This document shows, piece after piece, positions 27,289 through 32,000 of a DNA stretch of 32,000 nucleotides. Every line of letters starts with the position of its first letter. The first letter of the stretch is position 1. Position numbers and translations under genes: made by a program. The DNA comes from Mycolicibacterium smegmatis (lineage in GTDB: Bacteria > Actinomycetota > Actinomycetes > Mycobacteriales > Mycobacteriaceae): contig NZ_LN831039.1 in the NCBI RefSeq assembly GCF_001457595.1, positions 6,000,001 through 6,032,000 of the forward strand, in the 5' to 3' direction. Below the pieces are notes generated by a model. That model did not search any database, was not told the origin of the DNA, and saw only the letters and a program-made list of their open reading frames with translations.

Positions 27289-28698
27289 ATGGCCACGGCA
27301 GTGAGGACGACCGAGTCGGTACCGTTCGCTTCGACCGAATTCCTGATCAGTACACCCGTCGAGACTGAAGGGCGCCGGCCCTGGTTGCTCGGAATCCTCT
27401 GCATCCTGATGATGCTCCTACCGAGCTACGTGCTATTTCCAGGACCGTTGAAGAGCAACGGCTCGCCAGCGCGCATGATCGCGGTGATGTTCTTCGGTCT
27501 GCTGGTGCTCGGTTTCCTGATGGTCCGCCGTACGGGCAAGGTCCGCAGGATCCAACCGGGTGTGCTGATCCTCGTGCTCTACTTTTTCCTGTGGCTCACG
27601 ACTTACGGTGTCGCACTGCTGAATTTCGATCCCTCGCCGGGGTCAGCGGCCACCGATGCGAGCATGACACGAAGTCTGATCGCGCTCATCGCGAATGTCG
27701 GTTTGGGACTCTACGTTGTCACACGGGTCCGGACCACGCGGCAGCGCAACTTCGTGATGGGTTGCCTCCTGTTCGGAATGGCGTTCGTGTGCCTGGTGGG
27801 CCTGCTCCAGAGCGTTGCTTCTGTCGACTTGCGCTTCCTCTTGCAGCCACCCGGGTTCGTCATCAGCACGGATACCTTGTCGCTGGTTGAACGTGCGGGT
27901 GTGGAACGTGCCTTGGGCACCTCCGAGCACGCGATCGAGTACTCCATCCTCACTGCGTCGGCACTTCCGCTCGCTCTCTATTTCGCACGCTTCGCCGAGA
28001 CTCGCAATCGCCGCATACTGTCGGTCGCCGTGTGCGGTTTGGCCATCCTGACCGTACCGACCGGAGTTTCGAGGACCGGGGTGATCGCTCTCGGCGCAGC
28101 ACTTCTGGTCCTGATGCTCGCTCACACCGTTCGGCAGATCGCAATCGGCCTCGTCGTCGGACTGGTCGCCATCGGCGGGTACATGACTGCCTTCCCGAAC
28201 ATCGTGAAGGCACTGTGGGAGACGATCCTCACGTCGGACAAGGATCCCAGCGTCCTCGGCAGGACGGCAGACTACGCGACGGTGTCGGAAACTTTCCGCG
28301 CTCATCCGGCATTCGGATTGGGGCTGGGCGCATCGCCCCCTGAAATCTACGGTCTACTTGACAACGAGTGGCTTCAAGCGGTCGTGCAAGGCGGCCTTGT
28401 GGGAGTTGCGGCAATGATCGCGCTCGCAGGTGGAGGTATTTTCGGCATCGCCGCCGCGCTTCGATGCGCGTCGAACACCCGAGAGCGGTACCAGGCATAC
28501 GTACTAGGGGCGATCTTCGCCGCAGTGCTGGTCTCCAGCTTCACATTCGACCTGTTCGGCTTTCAACAGGCAACGTTCCTGTTCTTCATCACTTTTGGCC
28601 TGTTGTGGTCCGGCTATACGGTCGAAGTGCCATCACGCCCGACAAGGGCGCGACGCGTGCTCAGGTCCACACCGACCGCGGAAAGCCTGAGGACTTGA
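27289..28698 (+). CDS. Second O-antigen ligase/Wzy-like polytopic membrane protein
   Basis: 469 aa with many TMs and an O-antigen-ligase-like motif (SETFRAHPAFGLGLGASPPEIYG). Starts 1 nt after the upstream stop. Confidence 0.78.
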   Translation: MATAVRTTESVPFASTEFLISTPVETEGRRPWLLGILCILMMLLPSYVLFPGPLKSNGSPARMIAVMFFGLLVLGFLMVRRTGKVRRIQPGVLILVLYFFLWLTTYGVALLNFDPSPGSAATDASMTRSLIALIANVGLGLYVVTRVRTTRQRNFVMGCLLFGMAFVCLVGLLQSVASVDLRFLLQPPGFVISTDTLSLVERAGVERALGTSEHAIEYSILTASALPLALYFARFAETRNRRILSVAVCGLAILTVPTGVSRTGVIALGAALLVLMLAHTVRQIAIGLVVGLVAIGGYMTAFPNIVKALWETILTSDKDPSVLGRTADYATVSETFRAHPAFGLGLGASPPEIYGLLDNEWLQAVVQGGLVGVAAMIALAGGGIFGIAAALRCASNTRERYQAYVLGAIFAAVLVSSFTFDLFGFQQATFLFFITFGLLWSGYTVEVPSRPTRARRVLRSTPTAESLRT

Positions 28699-29770
28699 CA
28701 CCGCGTACATGGTGAAGGGCCCGTCGCAGGCTCGGAGCGAGGGGCGACCTTTTCACCGCGTCTGTCATCGCCTGACGTCCGCTGCGCATTACTCGTCGAG
28801 TGACACTGTTGCTGACGAAAGCTTGACTCACAACCGTTTCGCCCGTCTTCGCTCGACGTTTGTAGTCGTCGTCGCCTCGGCCGAGATCCATACGCGTGAT
28901 GCCGATTTCGGCAGCGGCGTCGATCACCTCACGTAGCAGTATCCAGCCCGGAGACAGTTGTGCGAACGCTGGATCGTAGACCGGGAACCACCAGTGCAGT
29001 ACGTGACCGGAGCGAATACCGAAGTGAGCTGCGACCAATCGATCACCGATATGGACCGTGGAAAGAACACCTCCGAACCCAGGACCACGAGTGTGCAGCA
29101 GTCTGTGCATCAACTGGACGTGAGCCGACTTCGCGAAATAGTCGCGGCTGCCTGTCTTCACATACTGGGCGCGCTTCAATTCGATCAGACGTGCGAGGGC
29201 GTCGTCGTCGACGACATCGACACCGAACCGGAGCGGGCCGTGGGTTCGTTCGGCTCTCACCCGGCATCGCCGCGCCTCCTTCATCTTGTCCCTGCCGCTT
29301 CGCGACACTCGATCAAGGTAGCCATCCAGCCCGCCTGTGATGTCCATCCACGGCGATGACCGACGGGAGACGATCCATGGTTCGAAACCGGCCTTCTGAG
29401 GAACCAAGTGGTCGAATGTGAGAACCCGTAAGCCGTCCACCAGAAGCTCAAGCGGCGAGGGTGCCTCGCCGGGTCCGCATATCGGTCCCTGGAAGTCCGC
29501 AGCTGGCCAACCCACCGGATGCAACACTGCGCCCTCACGGTGCCCCGGGAGAAGGGCGGACACCGCTCCGGCCGCGTCACGGACCACGACCACCGACACC
29601 GGTCTGCCGGTAGCATGCACCGCCGCGGCGAACCCTGGGTGGAAATATGGGCTGTCCAAGGCCTGATTGCTTGCCCGGAGCGCGTGCCAGGCGTCGATCT
29701 CTTCGTCGCTGAGCTCATCCATCCCCACAATCCGCGACGTCGTCGAACCCAAGAGCTTCCTGCCGTTCAT
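28661..29770 (-). CDS. CelD/BcsL-type GNAT-fold acetyltransferase
   Basis: DELSDEEIDAWHALRASNQALDSPYFHPGFAAAVHATGR...YLDRVSRSGRDKMKEARR...GDRLVAAHFGIRSGHVLHWWFPVYDPAFAQLSPGWILLREVIDAAAEIGITRMDLGRGDDDYKRR. Start inferred at 29770. Confidence 0.82.
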   Translation of the reverse strand: MNGRKLLGSTTSRIVGMDELSDEEIDAWHALRASNQALDSPYFHPGFAAAVHATGRPVSVVVVRDAAGAVSALLPGHREGAVLHPVGWPAADFQGPICGPGEAPSPLELLVDGLRVLTFDHLVPQKAGFEPWIVSRRSSPWMDITGGLDGYLDRVSRSGRDKMKEARRCRVRAERTHGPLRFGVDVVDDDALARLIELKRAQYVKTGSRDYFAKSAHVQLMHRLLHTRGPGFGGVLSTVHIGDRLVAAHFGIRSGHVLHWWFPVYDPAFAQLSPGWILLREVIDAAAEIGITRMDLGRGDDDYKRRAKTGETVVSQAFVSNSVTRRVMRSGRQAMTDAVKRSPLAPSLRRALHHVRGVKSSGFPRSVWT

Positions 29771-30708
29771 GTGGGCAGCTCCCGCATTCGGCGAGACGGC
29801 TGCAACAGAGCGGCAATCGAGGCACGCGATGTGGGCCGGCCCACTGCGGCGCGAATGCCCTGCCCAACTGCCACAGCCGCGAGGTACGCAGCGCCGTGCA
29901 GGCGATTGTGTCGCCGTCGGAACAGCTCCACCTTGTTGACGGTGAGCATCGAGGCGAACATCGGCTTGGTTTCGGACACACCGCCGACGTGCTCGAACAC
30001 CGCAGCGGGCTCGTACCAGGTGTACCAACCATTGTCCGCCGCGCGCAGACAGTACTCGGTCTCCTCGCTGTACATCAGGAACGACTCGTCCCACATACCT
30101 ATGTCGAGCAACAACCGAACCGAGAGCATCATCGCAGCACCCGTGGCCCACGCGGTGACCCCGGGTTCCTCGTAGACCCGGGGATCGGTCACACGTTCTG
30201 CCAGAGGGCCCAGCCGCCCTGCCAGTTGCCCTGGCACCAGCGCCTCGACCAATGCTCGGATCACGGTCGGCTTCCGGCGCAGTGTGTATTGCTGAGCGCC
30301 GTTTGGATAACGCAACCTCGGCACCGCTATGCCACAGTTGGTCCGGTTCAGCGCTGAAGCCAGTACCTGCAACGTATTCGGCGAGACACGGCAATCAGCA
30401 TTCAGCACCAGGATGGCGTCCACGACGCTCAGGTCCAGAGCCTGGATACCGGCGTTCACGCCGGCGGCGTATCCCCCGTTCCGCCCAGTCTGGACAACTG
30501 TCACGTCGAGATCAGCGAACCTCCCGGCGATCTCGCATGTCTCATCTTTGGACGCATTGTCGGCAACGACCACAGCTGCCAACGGTGTTCCCTCGTCCGC
30601 CAGCGCGTGCAAACACTCACCGAGGACATCGGCGCTGTTGTAAGTCACGATCACCACTGCCACGCGCGCCGCGGGCCGGGTGCGCGCCGATACGCCGTCT
30701 TGCGCCAT
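29767..30708 (-). CDS. Family 2 glycosyltransferase (rhamnosyltransferase-like)
   Basis: RVAVVIVTYNSADVLGECLHALADEG...VVADNASKDETCEIA...NGGYAAGVNAGIQ...VLNADCRVSPNTL...GAAMMLSVRLLLDIGMWDESFLMYSEETEYCLRAADNGW. Confidence 0.9.
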   Translation of the reverse strand: MAQDGVSARTRPAARVAVVIVTYNSADVLGECLHALADEGTPLAAVVVADNASKDETCEIAGRFADLDVTVVQTGRNGGYAAGVNAGIQALDLSVVDAILVLNADCRVSPNTLQVLASALNRTNCGIAVPRLRYPNGAQQYTLRRKPTVIRALVEALVPGQLAGRLGPLAERVTDPRVYEEPGVTAWATGAAMMLSVRLLLDIGMWDESFLMYSEETEYCLRAADNGWYTWYEPAAVFEHVGGVSETKPMFASMLTVNKVELFRRRHNRLHGAAYLAAVAVGQGIRAAVGRPTSRASIAALLQPSRRMRELPT

Positions 30709-31493
30709 CAGCCCCTCCAACGCTTGACCGCTCGCGCGGCGCTGTTACGCGCTGACAGGACAAGCGGTGTGTGTGGATCGAGCAACCGGTATATCCAGTC
30801 CGCATCTATGTCGTGACGCAGACTGGTCCTGGCCTGCAGCCAGGCTTCCGGTCGGGCCCGCCCACCGTCACTGGTGTAAACGCGGGTAACGCCGGCGTCC
30901 CGCAGCCTCCGCAGCACGTGGCGGTCATAAGAACCGAACGGGATCGCCACCCGTGACACGGAACTGCCGGTGACGGCGCTCAGCCTCTCGTGAGCGTCTT
31001 CGAATTCCTCGTGGGCCTGCGCGTCGTCGATACGCCGCCAATCACGGTGCGCCCAACCATGAGAACCGATCGACATACCTGCATCCAGAAGTTCTCGGAC
31101 TCCGGTGTCGTCCACTCGCCCGAGCTTTCCCAATTCACCTGCGAGCAAGAAAAACTCCGCGGTGATGTTTCGCTCGACCAGTCGCGGCAACGCGACCTTC
31201 ACATCAGATGCGTTTCCGTCATCGAACGTGATCCGAACGTCCGATCGGCCTGAAACCGCGTCGAGGACCTGCTCGAACTGCGCGACACTGACCCAGGTGA
31301 GATGTTCCCCCGGATCCAACTCACGGTCGGTCGCGCCGATCCCGTGGACGGTGATGTTGCACACCGATGCGCGCCTGACATCTGCATCATGAGAAGAACG
31401 TACGGACAACAAGACAACCCCCGACTCACTCGTGTATGTCGACCGACTGCTGCCGGATGTCGATGCCCGATTCACACACGGGTCTGTATCCAC
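30708..31493 (-). CDS. Polysaccharide deacetylase (NodB homology domain)
   Basis: VRITFDDGNASD (NodB motif 1), IGSHGWAHRDW (motif 2, HxxxH), followed by VAIPFGSYDRHVLRRLRDAGV. The N-terminal start is uncertain. Confidence 0.85.
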   Translation of the reverse strand: MDTDPCVNRASTSGSSRSTYTSESGVVLLSVRSSHDADVRRASVCNITVHGIGATDRELDPGEHLTWVSVAQFEQVLDAVSGRSDVRITFDDGNASDVKVALPRLVERNITAEFFLLAGELGKLGRVDDTGVRELLDAGMSIGSHGWAHRDWRRIDDAQAHEEFEDAHERLSAVTGSSVSRVAIPFGSYDRHVLRRLRDAGVTRVYTSDGGRARPEAWLQARTSLRHDIDADWIYRLLDPHTPLVLSARNSAARAVKRWRG

Positions 31494-32000
31494 GGTCGCC
31501 AGAGAGGTCGCGGCGGCAGCCGCAACTTTCGACGAAGCTTGAGAAACCAGACGCGGTAGTAGACCAGATTGAGAAGATCTGCCCAGAGGATCAAAAGCTC
31601 ACCACGCCAGCGCGACAATCCCGAATCCCGACTCACCACCAAGCGATGTAGCGGATGTTCCTCGGCACCCAGCAGGACCTTGTGGTCGTAATGGCCAGGA
31701 CCGCTCTCGACCGTTCTGATCCCGCCTTCGATGAGAACCCGGAATTTCTCCACCATACTCAACCGGCCCAGGCCCATCGATTCCAGAGCCGGGTCGTCAA
31801 CTCGCGCAGGGAGTCGCGAGTAACATCTATCACCGAGAATGAAACCGTATTCGATCGCCAATACCTGTCCGTCTCCCGTGATCTCGTAGAACCGAGCCCG
31901 TCCCGAGGATGACATCCGTGAGACGAGTTCGCGATTGAACTCCTCGCTGCCCGGCCAGTCACCGAAGTGACCGAGCTTGCCCCGCCGACGCCAGCACGAT
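31472..32000 (-). CDS. C-terminal part of a second CelD/BcsL-type acetyltransferase, gene runs off the window
   Basis: The frame remains open upstream of the track start to the window edge (...SCWRRRGKLGHFGDWPGSEEFNRELVSRMSSSGRARFYEITGDGQVLAIEYGFILGDRCYSRLPARVDDPALESMGLGRLSMVEKFRVLIEGGIRTVESGPGHYDHK...). Confidence 0.72.
   Translation of the reverse strand, partial: SCWRRRGKLGHFGDWPGSEEFNRELVSRMSSSGRARFYEITGDGQVLAIEYGFILGDRCYSRLPARVDDPALESMGLGRLSMVEKFRVLIEGGIRTVESGPGHYDHKVLLGAEEHPLHRLVVSRDSGLSRWRGELLILWADLLNLVYYRVWFLKLRRKLRLPPRPLWRPWIQTRV

Noticed and set aside
29771-30394. N-terminal extension of the track ORF 28661..30394
   Set aside because: Out-of-frame overlap with the GT2 gene; the credible CelD-like start is 29770.
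1-32000. Mobile elements, CRISPR arrays, tRNA/rRNA, toxin-antitoxin or phage-defence modules
   Set aside because: No transposase, integrase, regularly spaced repeats, tRNA-like cloverleaf or defence-associated domains were noticed on reading; absence is based on manual inspection only.

Overview
High-GC actinobacterial chromosome, most consistent with a Mycobacterium/Mycolicibacterium-type genome. Left third (about 1-9.85 kb): a sterol-catabolism neighbourhood. It holds an IclR-family regulator, hsaE-hsaG-hsaF, a divergent kstD and a MaoC-type hydratase, with two KstR-like operators (TNNAACNNGTTNNA) readable in the sequence. A RecQ helicase with a C-terminal phosphoribosyltransferase-like segment sits in the same region, flanked by two small secreted proteins resembling the Rv1174c/TB8.4 and Rv0203 hemophore-related families. 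Remainder (about 9.8-32 kb): a large polysaccharide biosynthesis and modification locus. It contains a Wzx-like flippase, two Wzy/O-antigen-ligase-like proteins, three Wzz-like chain-length proteins, three glycosyltransferases, two left-handed beta-helix acyltransferases, an AlgD-like GDP-mannose/UDP-glucose 6-dehydrogenase, an NDP-sugar epimerase, a NodB-type deacetylase, two CelD/BcsL-type acyltransferases and a GMC oxidoreductase. The most unusual items are: (i) a single 873-aa protein joining an adenylation domain, a carrier domain and an acyltransferase-3-like membrane domain; (ii) a tandem SGNH pair in which one copy appears to have lost its catalytic Ser and Asn; (iii) an AlgD-like enzyme suggesting a mannuronate- or other uronate-containing polymer. 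No BY-kinase or initiating phosphoglycosyltransferase lies inside the window. I saw no tRNA, rRNA, CRISPR or transposase. All family calls come from reading motifs and recalled homologues; no searches were run.
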